Positions 9,537-16,973 of a stretch of 30,003 bases of DNA are shown here, in pieces. The notes under the pieces are model-generated. The model saw only the letters and a list, made by a program, of their open reading frames with translations. It made no database searches and was not told the DNA's origin. A program made the position numbers and the translations under genes. Every line of letters starts with the position of its first letter. Position 1 is the stretch's first letter. Source of the DNA: a virus (taxonomy: Duplodnaviria > Caudoviricetes); the IMG/VR virus record IMGVR_UViG_3300001866_000030, positions 1 through 30,003 of that record; one strand, given 5' to 3'.

Positions 9537-9558
9537 TAATTAAACAAAAAATAATCAA

Positions 9559-9738
9559 ATGCAAATCTTCAAATCAGCGTCAAAAATCGTGTTTATCGTG
9601 CTGGCAATCACTGCTTGCGGAGCTTTCTTTTTTGGAAAGCTGGATCAAGACCAATTTATGATCTTGGCGGTAAGCGCATTTTCATTTTACTTTTCCAATA
9701 AAGGGGAAGTGGCAGGCGGAAATTACGCAGGAAAATAA
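9559..9738 (+). CDS. Small two-TM holin-like protein (59 aa, not in ORF track)
   Basis: MQIFKSASKIVFIVLAITACGAFFFGKLDQDQFMILAVSAFSFYFSNKGEVAGGNYAGK*; A-rich leader; last gene before the terminator. Confidence 0.65.
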   Translation: MQIFKSASKIVFIVLAITACGAFFFGKLDQDQFMILAVSAFSFYFSNKGEVAGGNYAGK

Positions 9739-9763
9739 GGGCGATAAAGCCCATTTTATAGAC

Positions 9764-9794
9764 AAAAAAAGCGGTATTTTGATACTGCTTTTTT
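9764..9794. terminator. Intrinsic, probably bidirectional, terminator ending the late operon
   Basis: AAAAAAA-GCGGTAT-TTTG-ATACTGC-TTTTTT hairpin flanked by A and T tracts. Confidence 0.8.
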
Positions 9795-9812
9795 ATATAT
9801 GTATATATAGGC

Positions 9813-9849
9813 TTGACAATAATTTTTGGATATGCTAAACTATAATAAA
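9813..9849 (+). promoter_or_regulatory. Strong sigma70-type early promoter
   Basis: TTGACA (9813-9818), 17 nt, TAAACT (9836-9841) with extended TG at 9833; overlapping TATAAT 9841-9846. Confidence 0.8.
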
Positions 9850-9874
9850 GGTTAATAAATAATAAACAACCAAA

Positions 9875-10201
9875 ATGAGAAAAACAATGCTTTCCAGTTT
9901 GGCGGTTATAGTGCTTGGGGCTTCCCTTTTCACTTATAACATTGCCGAACAAAGTGCCGAGGCGAAAAGCCAAAGCAAGGACTATTACCAGCTTTATAAA
10001 AAATATAAAGCGAAATACGAGGATAAAAAAAGCGACTATAAAAAACTTAATAAGAAATACAAGAAATTGCAAAAGAGTTACAATGACAGAGGGGTGGAAA
10101 TGGAAAGCATTTATATGGATCTTGTGCAATGCCAGCGGACACTTGGAGGGGTAAACCCTTGGCTGGAAGCGGATGAGGAAAAAAGACTTAGCGGGAAATA
10201 A
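9875..10201 (+). CDS. Exported or membrane-anchored coiled-coil protein
   Basis: Signal peptide-like N-terminus (MRKTMLSSLAVIVLGASLF...AEA), then a Lys/Tyr-rich heptad helix. Confidence 0.6.
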   Translation: MRKTMLSSLAVIVLGASLFTYNIAEQSAEAKSQSKDYYQLYKKYKAKYEDKKSDYKKLNKKYKKLQKSYNDRGVEMESIYMDLVQCQRTLGGVNPWLEADEEKRLSGK

Positions 10202-10225
10202 TAAATTTTAAAACACAACAAAACC

Positions 10226-10471
10226 ATGGAAAAAGAAAAATGCGATTTATGCGGAGGGGACGGGATTATTGAGGAATACGGGGACGGGGAAAATTTCGAG
10301 TATGATGTGATTGCCGAGCATCCTTGCCCAAATGGATGCAAAAGGGTAGATCAAAAATATTCAAAAGACACGACAACGGCAAAAGTTTTCTTTGATGGGG
10401 TTAAAAATGAAGCACAAAATTTATTTGCCACTGAAAAAGCAATCTTAAATAAAATAAAAAAACAAAAATGA
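10226..10471 (+). CDS. Hypothetical zinc-ribbon protein
   Basis: CDLCGGDG...HPCPNGC motifs. Confidence 0.6.
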   Translation: MEKEKCDLCGGDGIIEEYGDGENFEYDVIAEHPCPNGCKRVDQKYSKDTTTAKVFFDGVKNEAQNLFATEKAILNKIKKQK

Positions 10472-11031
10472 AAAAACTAATTTTAACAATCTTGACAATA
10501 GCACTGATTTATTACGGAATAAAGCTTTTAAGCCAAACGGCTACAATTACAATCCAAAACCAAGACGCAATGCTATGCCACAGCGCACAGGATAGCGGAA
10601 ACGAGGAGTATTTGGCAAAATGTGAGTGCTACTACCAAAGCGGGGACATCGAGTGCTTAGAACGCAATTTTGAGCGTCAAACGGAAGCCAAACATGACCC
10701 CCTTTGCGAGCTGGATGATGTGGTTTGCGAGTATGAAGCCGAAAAGTTTGACAAGGAGGGAGAATTTACGGCTTATAATCCAGTTGAAAGCCAGTGCGAC
10801 GATGATCCGCGGACAATGGCAAGCAACAAGGAGGTTTATGAGGGAGCGATTGCATGCCCAGCAAAATATGAATTTGGGACAAAAATTGAGATTGAGGGAT
10901 TAGGGACTTTCACTTGCGAGGATCGGATGGCTTTGAGATACCGCCACAGTGAGAATTTTGACATTGTTTTGGCGGATTACGACGAGGCGGTGAATTTCGG
11001 ACGACAGCAATTAAAATATAGAGTTTTGTAA
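10468..11031 (+). CDS. Signal-anchored 3D-domain (MltA-like double-psi barrel) protein
   Basis: N-terminal TM helix; FTAYN..QCDDDP..MAS, IACP..YEFGTKIEIEGLG, CEDR, FDI motifs match the 3D (Asp-Asp-Asp) domain. Confidence 0.75.
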   Translation: MKKLILTILTIALIYYGIKLLSQTATITIQNQDAMLCHSAQDSGNEEYLAKCECYYQSGDIECLERNFERQTEAKHDPLCELDDVVCEYEAEKFDKEGEFTAYNPVESQCDDDPRTMASNKEVYEGAIACPAKYEFGTKIEIEGLGTFTCEDRMALRYRHSENFDIVLADYDEAVNFGRQQLKYRVL

Positions 11032-11067
11032 AATAAATTTTTAATTGCCCATAATGGGCTAAAAAAC

Positions 11068-11511
11068 ATGAAAAATAAAACATTGATTGCCATTTCAAAA
11101 GAAATGCAAACACAAGACAACCGAGCAACGGCATACCCGCTTTTTGTGGTTATGGTGGACAAAAAGGTTTATGGTTGTGAAAGTTGGTGTAATGAAGTTG
11201 AAAGAAAAGAGGACTTTGACAGTGATTATTTATGTGAAAAATGTGCTGAAAAATACGAGAACAATGAGGATTTGGACGATTATTGCGAGGACTGCGATCA
11301 AGACTGCTTTGTTTGGTTTAGTTGGGAAAAGGATTTTGATTTAAAAGCGGGTGTGTTTTTTACCGCAAAGGCTTGCGATGAGCATATAAGATTAAACGAT
11401 TATCATTATTCAAATCCAAGGAGTTACGCGATAAGTGCGTGGCGAAATTACGAAATGCAAGAGGTTATCAATTTTTTAATTAAATATCATAAAAACACAA
11501 ATGAAAATTAA
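11068..11511 (+). CDS. Hypothetical phage protein with Cys-rich insert
   Basis: TQDNRATAYP.F.V...FFT.KAC..HI..N.YHY..P.SY..S.WRN.EM pattern with CEKC/CEDC pairs. Confidence 0.6.
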   Translation: MKNKTLIAISKEMQTQDNRATAYPLFVVMVDKKVYGCESWCNEVERKEDFDSDYLCEKCAEKYENNEDLDDYCEDCDQDCFVWFSWEKDFDLKAGVFFTAKACDEHIRLNDYHYSNPRSYAISAWRNYEMQEVINFLIKYHKNTNEN

Positions 11512-12016
11512 ATGCGGGGACGCGAACCCCAAAGGAAATGTCGCGATGTTATTCAAAGGCGGATGCGGAAAGGATTTGAAAATTGAGGATGCCTACCGAT
11601 GCACGGGTTGCGGTGGATATTTCCATCTTGATTGCATATTTGAGCATTTCAAGTTGGAAGAAAAACATGACTATGCACACAATGCCTTGTTAAAAATTCA
11701 CAACTATGCAATGAAATTTCCAGCAAGCGAAAGAATGAAGCATATTATTGGGATTGCCAAAAGGGGATTATCGAAAAAACTGAAAAAAAGAAGATTGGAC
11801 ATAAAAGAAAAGGAAATTGAAAAATTCCGTTTTTTGGGAGACGAAAAAGATCCTTGGACTAAAAAACAAGGAATAAAGCACGGGGAAGTTTACAAAATAG
11901 AGATTTGCAATAGACAGCGTGGATTTGATGCTTTTATCCACACGGAAAAATCAATCATTGTTTGCCCGTATGCTTCACAAAATGCGTTTTATAATAATTG
12001 GCTAAAAATTAAGTAA
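11501..12016 (+). CDS. Hypothetical protein with N-terminal Cys/His zinc-binding motif
   Basis: C..GC...YRCTGCGGYFHLDCI.EH; overlaps the previous stop. Confidence 0.55.
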   Translation: MKIKCGDANPKGNVAMLFKGGCGKDLKIEDAYRCTGCGGYFHLDCIFEHFKLEEKHDYAHNALLKIHNYAMKFPASERMKHIIGIAKRGLSKKLKKRRLDIKEKEIEKFRFLGDEKDPWTKKQGIKHGEVYKIEICNRQRGFDAFIHTEKSIIVCPYASQNAFYNNWLKIK

Positions 12017-12023
12017 AAACACA

Positions 12024-12323
12024 ATGAAAACATTTATAAAAAAAGCCCAAATCGGGCAGATCGTGGAAAGTGAAAAATTGGGAATTAAGGGCAAAGTTTC
12101 GGAGGTTTTGGGATATGCCGACACCCTTGAGAATATGCACCCCGACGAATTGAAAGCCGAAGTCATCCTTTTGGAAAAAGCCCTTGGCGAAAATTACAGG
12201 GATTTATATTTTGAGTGCGTGGTGGAGATCAAAGAGGCTACCCCCGAGAGTGAATTTGCAGGCGATAAAATAGCGGTTTTGGGCTGGCAGGAATTTCAGA
12301 CTTGCGCTATTTTAGAGGTATGA
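12024..12323 (+). CDS. Hypothetical protein
   Basis: 99-aa ORF with A-rich leader, in operon context. Confidence 0.55.
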   Translation: MKTFIKKAQIGQIVESEKLGIKGKVSEVLGYADTLENMHPDELKAEVILLEKALGENYRDLYFECVVEIKEATPESEFAGDKIAVLGWQEFQTCAILEV

Positions 12324-12337
12324 TATACTATAATAAA
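12302..12337 (+). promoter_or_regulatory. Sigma70-type promoter for recT
   Basis: TTGCGC (12302-12307), 16 nt, TATACT (12324-12329) with extended TG, followed by ATAATAAA as at 9833. Confidence 0.55.
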
Positions 12338-12359
12338 CTTTAATAAATAAAACAAAGCC

Positions 12360-13199
12360 ATGACACAACAAAACGGCAATGCGCCAGCCACACAGGCGCA
12401 ACAATTGGCAAGCTTGAAAACAACGCTTGCGAGCCAATACAAAAAGCAGATCGAAAACTATTTTGGAGACGAAAAAAAGGCGCTAAAATTCCTTTCTTCC
12501 GTTGTTTCCAGCGTGCAGAGAAACCCCGCACTTTTGGAGTGCGAACCGACCAGCGTGATCAATTCTTTCATCACAATGGCGGAGTTAAATTTGATGCCGA
12601 GCGATGTGAGCGGTGAGGCGTATGTTATCCCATACAAAGGCGTTGCGCAATTTCAATTGGGCTACCAAGGATTGGTAACGCTTTTTTACCGAGCAGGGGC
12701 AAAATCAATCGTTTCCGAGATTGTTTATAAAAAGGACAAATTCAATTATACCAACGGAACAATTGAACACACGCCCGATGTTTTTGCGGAAGATCGAGGC
12801 GAGGCAATCGGCGCTTATGTGATTGTCGAATTGCAAGCGGGTGGCAAGATTTCCAAGGTGATGAAAAAAAGCGACATTGTGGGAATTGGCAAAAAGTTTT
12901 CCAAGTCTTTCAATTCAAGTTTCACGCCATGGAAAGAGGCAAATGACCCCGAGCTTTGGATGTGGAAAAAGACGGTATTGAAACAGGTTGCCAAACTTGT
13001 GCCGAAAAATGAAACAATATTTAAAGCCGTGGCGGAGGATAACAAGGACAGCAACATTGACGACCGAATGGCGAAAGCCAAAGAAGAAAGCGAGAGTTTA
13101 AAACTTGGTAACTTAATTAAACACAACACAAATGAAAACAATGAAAATCAAACCCAAATTGAGGCTTCCGAAAGTGATCAAGAGCCTAGCGGAGAATAA
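12360..13199 (+). CDS. recT: RecT-family single-strand annealing recombinase
   Basis: NPALLECEPTSV, GEAYVIPY, QFQLGYQGL, IGAY and MWKKTVLK motifs; acidic C-terminal tail. Confidence 0.92.
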   Translation: MTQQNGNAPATQAQQLASLKTTLASQYKKQIENYFGDEKKALKFLSSVVSSVQRNPALLECEPTSVINSFITMAELNLMPSDVSGEAYVIPYKGVAQFQLGYQGLVTLFYRAGAKSIVSEIVYKKDKFNYTNGTIEHTPDVFAEDRGEAIGAYVIVELQAGGKISKVMKKSDIVGIGKKFSKSFNSSFTPWKEANDPELWMWKKTVLKQVAKLVPKNETIFKAVAEDNKDSNIDDRMAKAKEESESLKLGNLIKHNTNENNENQTQIEASESDQEPSGE

Positions 13200-15153
13200 A
13201 AAGATTGAGAATTTCCCTTTAAAACATTATTCTTATTCAACTTTTGTCAAATTTTCGACCAACCCGATAATGTTTAAAATCAATTACATTAACGGGGACA
13301 GGATCGAGACGACGCGCAACATTTCGGGCATTGTGGGGCAGGCGTTTCACACCGCGATGGATGTGTATTATACCAACTTTCAGATTGACGAGACCGACGC
13401 AATTAAAGACGGCTTGGAGGCTGGCATGCAGTTTCTTGATTGTTATGAGGATGGATTTATTGAATTTTCAACGACCGTCCCAAATAAGCAAAAAGCGCAG
13501 GAAATATTTGCCTTTGCTTATAATTCATACATCACAGAAAAAAGGAAAGAAAACGAGGAATTGGTAGCGTGCGAAGCAATGATTGAGACCGATGTTGATG
13601 TGGAGTGGAAAGGGCAGAAATTGCGCTTGCCAGTGCCATTGAAAGGTTATGTGGATAAGATTGTGCGACAGGATGGAAAGTTGAAGATAATCGACTACAA
13701 GACCACACGGGCGTTTTCAGATCCCGACAAAATCGACGGGGCGAAAATCTTGCAAGCCGTGCAATATTATTTGATGGTTTTTGCCGAATACGGTGAAGAA
13801 CCCGCATCAATGATTTTCGAGGAAGTCAAGACCACAAAAAACAGAAACGGGGACGCACAAGTGAAAAAATACGAAATAGTTTTTGCCGACAATGATCAAT
13901 TCTTTGATTTCTATTTTCGGCTTTATGAGGATATGACCCGCGCCATTAACGGCGAGATGGTTTTTGTCCCGAACATCCAAACCATCTTTGACAATGAGGT
14001 GGCTATTGTTGCATATATCCACAAGCTGGATGTGAGCGAGGAAGCCAGCCGACTGATGAAAGAGTTGCGGGTGGACAATATAACAGACCTTTTGAAAAAG
14101 AAAATCACAACCGCCAGCAACATGCGAAAGTTGATGAACAATGCCGAGAAAAAATTTGTAAGCGCTAAAAATTTAAATTATAACAAAATGACAACACAAG
14201 AAAAAATCCAAACAAAATTGATGGAGCATGGCATGCTTATTCAGTTTGAGGATATGATTGAGGGCTTTGCCGTTGATTTATACCGTTTCAATCCGTCAAT
14301 CGGGCTTAAAATGAGCAAATTATTAAGCTATGTTGCGGATGTGGAGCAGGTGGTGGGAGTGAGTGGCGTGCGCGTCCTTGCCCCTATTCCGAACACTTCC
14401 TTGGTGGGTTTTGAAGTGCCGAGACAAGACCGCAAATTTCCCGAGAAAGCACCAGCGCCCAAAGGTTTTGAGTTGGCAATCGGAGTGGATATTTACGGCA
14501 AGGATTTGCTTTTTGACATAAGAAAAGCCCCGCATTTATTGGTAGCGGGAGCGACTGGATCGGGCAAATCGGTTTTCTTAAATTCTATCATTTCCCAGCT
14601 TGCCACGCTTTCCAATGTTGATCTTCATTTATTCGATCCAAAAATGGTTGAGCTTTCACAGTTTCGAGCCAACGCGGTGGAATATTACAGCGACATTGAA
14701 AGCATTTATTTAGCGCTTGACCAACTTGTGGCGGAGATGAATGTGCGCTATGGCAGATTGAGTGAGGCAGGCGTGCGAAATATCGACGAATACGAGGGGC
14801 AGATGAATTATAAATTTGTGGTGATTGATGAGTTTGGAGACTTGACCGTGGGAAATAAAAGCGAGGGAAAATTGAATTTTTCCAAAGAGATTTTGAAAAG
14901 CCTTTTGATCTTGGCACAGAAAGCGAGAGCGTGCGGAATTCACTTGATCATTGCGACCCAAAGACCGTCAATCAACATCATTACTGGCGACATTAAAGCA
15001 AATTTCCCGACCAAAGTTGCTTTCCGTTGCGCAAAGTCAATCGACAGTCAAGTTGTTTTGGGAGAGGCGGGAGCGGAAAAATTACTTGGCAAAGGAGATA
15101 TGATTTTTAGTAGCGACAACGGCGACGAAAGATTGCAAGGCTTCAATGTTTAA
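13132..15153 (+). CDS. Fusion of a PD-(D/E)XK (RecB/AddB-like) nuclease and an FtsK/SpoIIIE ATPase
   Basis: N-half: HYSYS, GQAFH, LKGYVDKI, IIDYKT, LQAVQY. C-half: FtsK alpha domain (APIPNTSLVGFEVP), Walker A PHLLVAGATGSGKS, FDPKMVE, Walker B VVIDEFGDL, KARACGIHLIIATQRPS, LLGKGDM. One uninterrupted frame. Confidence 0.9.
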   Translation: MKTMKIKPKLRLPKVIKSLAENKKIENFPLKHYSYSTFVKFSTNPIMFKINYINGDRIETTRNISGIVGQAFHTAMDVYYTNFQIDETDAIKDGLEAGMQFLDCYEDGFIEFSTTVPNKQKAQEIFAFAYNSYITEKRKENEELVACEAMIETDVDVEWKGQKLRLPVPLKGYVDKIVRQDGKLKIIDYKTTRAFSDPDKIDGAKILQAVQYYLMVFAEYGEEPASMIFEEVKTTKNRNGDAQVKKYEIVFADNDQFFDFYFRLYEDMTRAINGEMVFVPNIQTIFDNEVAIVAYIHKLDVSEEASRLMKELRVDNITDLLKKKITTASNMRKLMNNAEKKFVSAKNLNYNKMTTQEKIQTKLMEHGMLIQFEDMIEGFAVDLYRFNPSIGLKMSKLLSYVADVEQVVGVSGVRVLAPIPNTSLVGFEVPRQDRKFPEKAPAPKGFELAIGVDIYGKDLLFDIRKAPHLLVAGATGSGKSVFLNSIISQLATLSNVDLHLFDPKMVELSQFRANAVEYYSDIESIYLALDQLVAEMNVRYGRLSEAGVRNIDEYEGQMNYKFVVIDEFGDLTVGNKSEGKLNFSKEILKSLLILAQKARACGIHLIIATQRPSINIITGDIKANFPTKVAFRCAKSIDSQVVLGEAGAEKLLGKGDMIFSSDNGDERLQGFNV

Positions 15154-15154
15154 C

Positions 15155-15195
15155 TTATGCACCTTTTGCACAGTTTATACACATACTTATAAACA
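15155..15195 (+). promoter_or_regulatory. Cluster of four tandem DnaA-box-like 9-mers
   Basis: TTATGCACC 15155, TTTTGCACA 15164, TTATACACA 15175 (consensus match), TTATAAACA 15187. Confidence 0.55.
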
Positions 15196-15204
15196 AGTGG
15201 GCTA

Positions 15205-15233
15205 TTGTGAAGTTGAATAAACATTGATAAAAT
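15205..15233 (+). promoter_or_regulatory. Promoter for the replication initiator
   Basis: TTGTGA (15205-15210), 17 nt, TAAAAT (15228-15233) with extended TG. Confidence 0.55.
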
Positions 15234-15299
15234 AAAAAAGTATTAAAAATAAAACATAACGATTATGCAAAACACAAAAAAGAAAGGAGGGGTGTTGAT

Positions 15300-16100
15300 A
15301 TGATAAAAGGCGGATATTATATCAAAGCGCGTTGCATCCAAGAAAGTGGCATTGCTTTAGCGCCCCCGCATGTAAGGGAAATTTGGGACTGGATTTTGAA
15401 AGAATGCAATCACACGGAAAAAAGAATTGGCGGGACAGTGATCAAACGCGGGGAGTGTATGCGATCTTATAACGATATAATTGATGGCTTAAAATGGCGG
15501 ATTGGCTACCGTGAGGAACGCTACACAAAGAGCCAATGCGAGATTGCAATGAAAGTGCTGAAGAAAGCCACAATGATAACCACAACGAAAACCACACGCG
15601 GAATGATAATAAAGGTGCTTAATTACGACAAATTTCAAGACCCTAGAAACTACGAGAGCCACAATGAAACCGAGACGATAACCACAAGAAAGCCACAACA
15701 ACGCCACACTATAAACAAGAATGATAAGAATGTAAAGAATGATAAGAATGAAATTCTTGCAATTTCCCCTAATGGGGAAAATGCGGAAACGGGAAAAGAG
15801 ATTGAAAAAAAACTTGATCCAGTGGGACAGATATTTGATATTTTTTACAAGACGGTAAACCCAGCGCTTAATTGGGGAAACAAAACCAGCCGATCGAGTG
15901 CGGAGTGGTTGATTGCCAAGTTTGGGCTGGCTAACACCAAGCGGATGGTTGAAATGGCGTGCGCCGTCCAAGGTAAGCCGTATGCGCCAGTAGTAACAAC
16001 CCCCTACCAAATGAAGCTTAAATTGGCGGAATTAAAACTTTATTTTGAGAGGGAAAAGCAAAACAATAATTCATCATTTACAGGAAAAAGCTATGAATAA
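15300..16100 (+). CDS. Phage replication initiator / replisome organiser
   Basis: GGYYIKAR...IKRGE..RS...L.W...IIKVLNYDKFQ N-domain and NKNDKNVKNDKN linker of phage initiators; internal iterons; AAAGGAGG RBS. Confidence 0.8.
   Translation: MIKGGYYIKARCIQESGIALAPPHVREIWDWILKECNHTEKRIGGTVIKRGECMRSYNDIIDGLKWRIGYREERYTKSQCEIAMKVLKKATMITTTKTTRGMIIKVLNYDKFQDPRNYESHNETETITTRKPQQRHTINKNDKNVKNDKNEILAISPNGENAETGKEIEKKLDPVGQIFDIFYKTVNPALNWGNKTSRSSAEWLIAKFGLANTKRMVEMACAVQGKPYAPVVTTPYQMKLKLAELKLYFEREKQNNNSSFTGKSYE
15566..15752. repeat. Iteron-like repeats (putative phage origin)
   Basis: About seven (A/G)CCACA units at 15566-15598 and 15657-15709, followed by four AAGAATG units in 15717-15750. Confidence 0.65.
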
Positions 16101-16524
16101 TCAAATCACAACACAACAAAAATGCGTCGTTATGAGAAACGGGATTGAAGTTTGGCTTAGCAAGGAGGGAGCGGAAGAATTTGAGCAACAGTTGCATGCG
16201 GGAGCGAAAGGATTTGTCCCGCTAAAGGGGCGCACAGTCAACACGGTGGACATCTTGGGGGTTTTCTTTCCCAACGACATGGAGGATCTAACCCGTCGAA
16301 AAAATCGCGAATGGAAATGCAAACATGGGACTTGGCACAATACGGGAGAAAAATGCGTTTGCATCCCAGCGGAAGAAAAGGAATATAGCGAGAAAAGGCA
16401 GGCGCTAATCGAGAAATGCGGGAAGTGCAAGAATGGATGGATTTTGGGAGATAACGGCATGAAAGCGTGCGATTGCGTCAAGGATTTTAATATTTACAAC
16501 TTCCGAGACAAAAAATTTGCATAG
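16093..16524 (+). CDS. Hypothetical zinc-binding replication-associated protein
   Basis: ATG 16093 overlaps the initiator stop; WKCKHGTWH...CVC and CGKC.NGW...CDC motifs; no Walker A. Confidence 0.55.
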   Translation: MNNQITTQQKCVVMRNGIEVWLSKEGAEEFEQQLHAGAKGFVPLKGRTVNTVDILGVFFPNDMEDLTRRKNREWKCKHGTWHNTGEKCVCIPAEEKEYSEKRQALIEKCGKCKNGWILGDNGMKACDCVKDFNIYNFRDKKFA

Positions 16525-16553
16525 TATTTTAAATAATGTTAAACTATAATAAA
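16517..16553 (+). promoter_or_regulatory. Sigma70-type promoter, near copy of the 9813 promoter
   Basis: TTGCAT (16517-16522), 17 nt, TAAACT (16540-16545) with extended TG; TAAACTATAATAAA is identical to 9836-9849. Confidence 0.65.
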
Positions 16554-16555
16554 CT

Positions 16556-16780
16556 ATGAAAGAGATTAAAAAACAAGAAAAGGCAAATTTGATTTCCCAT
16601 GCGCTATACGGAAAAGTAAGGCTTGAGCATTACAAAGAGCGCGGGTTTGTCGTTTCGTTTAAGGGAAACAAAGAGGTGTTTTGGCTGGATTGGGACAGAC
16701 TGAAAAAAATCATTGAGAAATTCGATGAACTTGTAAAAATTAAGCAAAATTTGATTAAAAAAAATGGAAAACAAGATTAA
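16556..16780 (+). CDS. Hypothetical protein
   Basis: 74-aa ORF starting just after the promoter, so possibly near-leaderless. Confidence 0.5.
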   Translation: MKEIKKQEKANLISHALYGKVRLEHYKERGFVVSFKGNKEVFWLDWDRLKKIIEKFDELVKIKQNLIKKNGKQD

Positions 16781-16949
16781 AAAAATAATGAATATCGCAC
16801 AGTTTGCCAAGGAGGCGGGAGTGCATCCGCTAACGGTGAGAAATTACCAAAAGCGCGGACTATTACCCGACAAACGCAATCCTTTCAATCGTTATCGGAT
16901 CTTTACTTGGGACGATTTGAAAAAGTTTAAAAAGTTAATCCAAGCGTAA
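16764..16949 (+). CDS. MerR-type winged HTH DNA-binding protein
   Basis: MNIAQFAKEAGVHPLTVRNYQKRGLL...R...RYRIFT..DL is a classic MerR N-terminal domain. Confidence 0.85.
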   Translation: MENKIKKIMNIAQFAKEAGVHPLTVRNYQKRGLLPDKRNPFNRYRIFTWDDLKKFKKLIQA

Positions 16950-16973
16950 TAAAAATTTAAAATAAATAAAAAC

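Noticed and set aside
6402-12323. Alternative genetic code (TGA or TAG recoding)
   Set aside because: TGA (6409, 6797, 12323) and TAG (20223, 23913) end genes at sensible boundaries, and long genes are intact under code 11.
13132-14100. Cas4 or CRISPR adaptation nuclease
   Set aside because: Lacks the Cas4 four-Cys Fe-S arrangement and has no cas1 neighbour; the recT context fits recombination.
16764-16949. Excisionase implying an integrated prophage
   Set aside because: No integrase or att site in the window; reported only as a MerR-type HTH.
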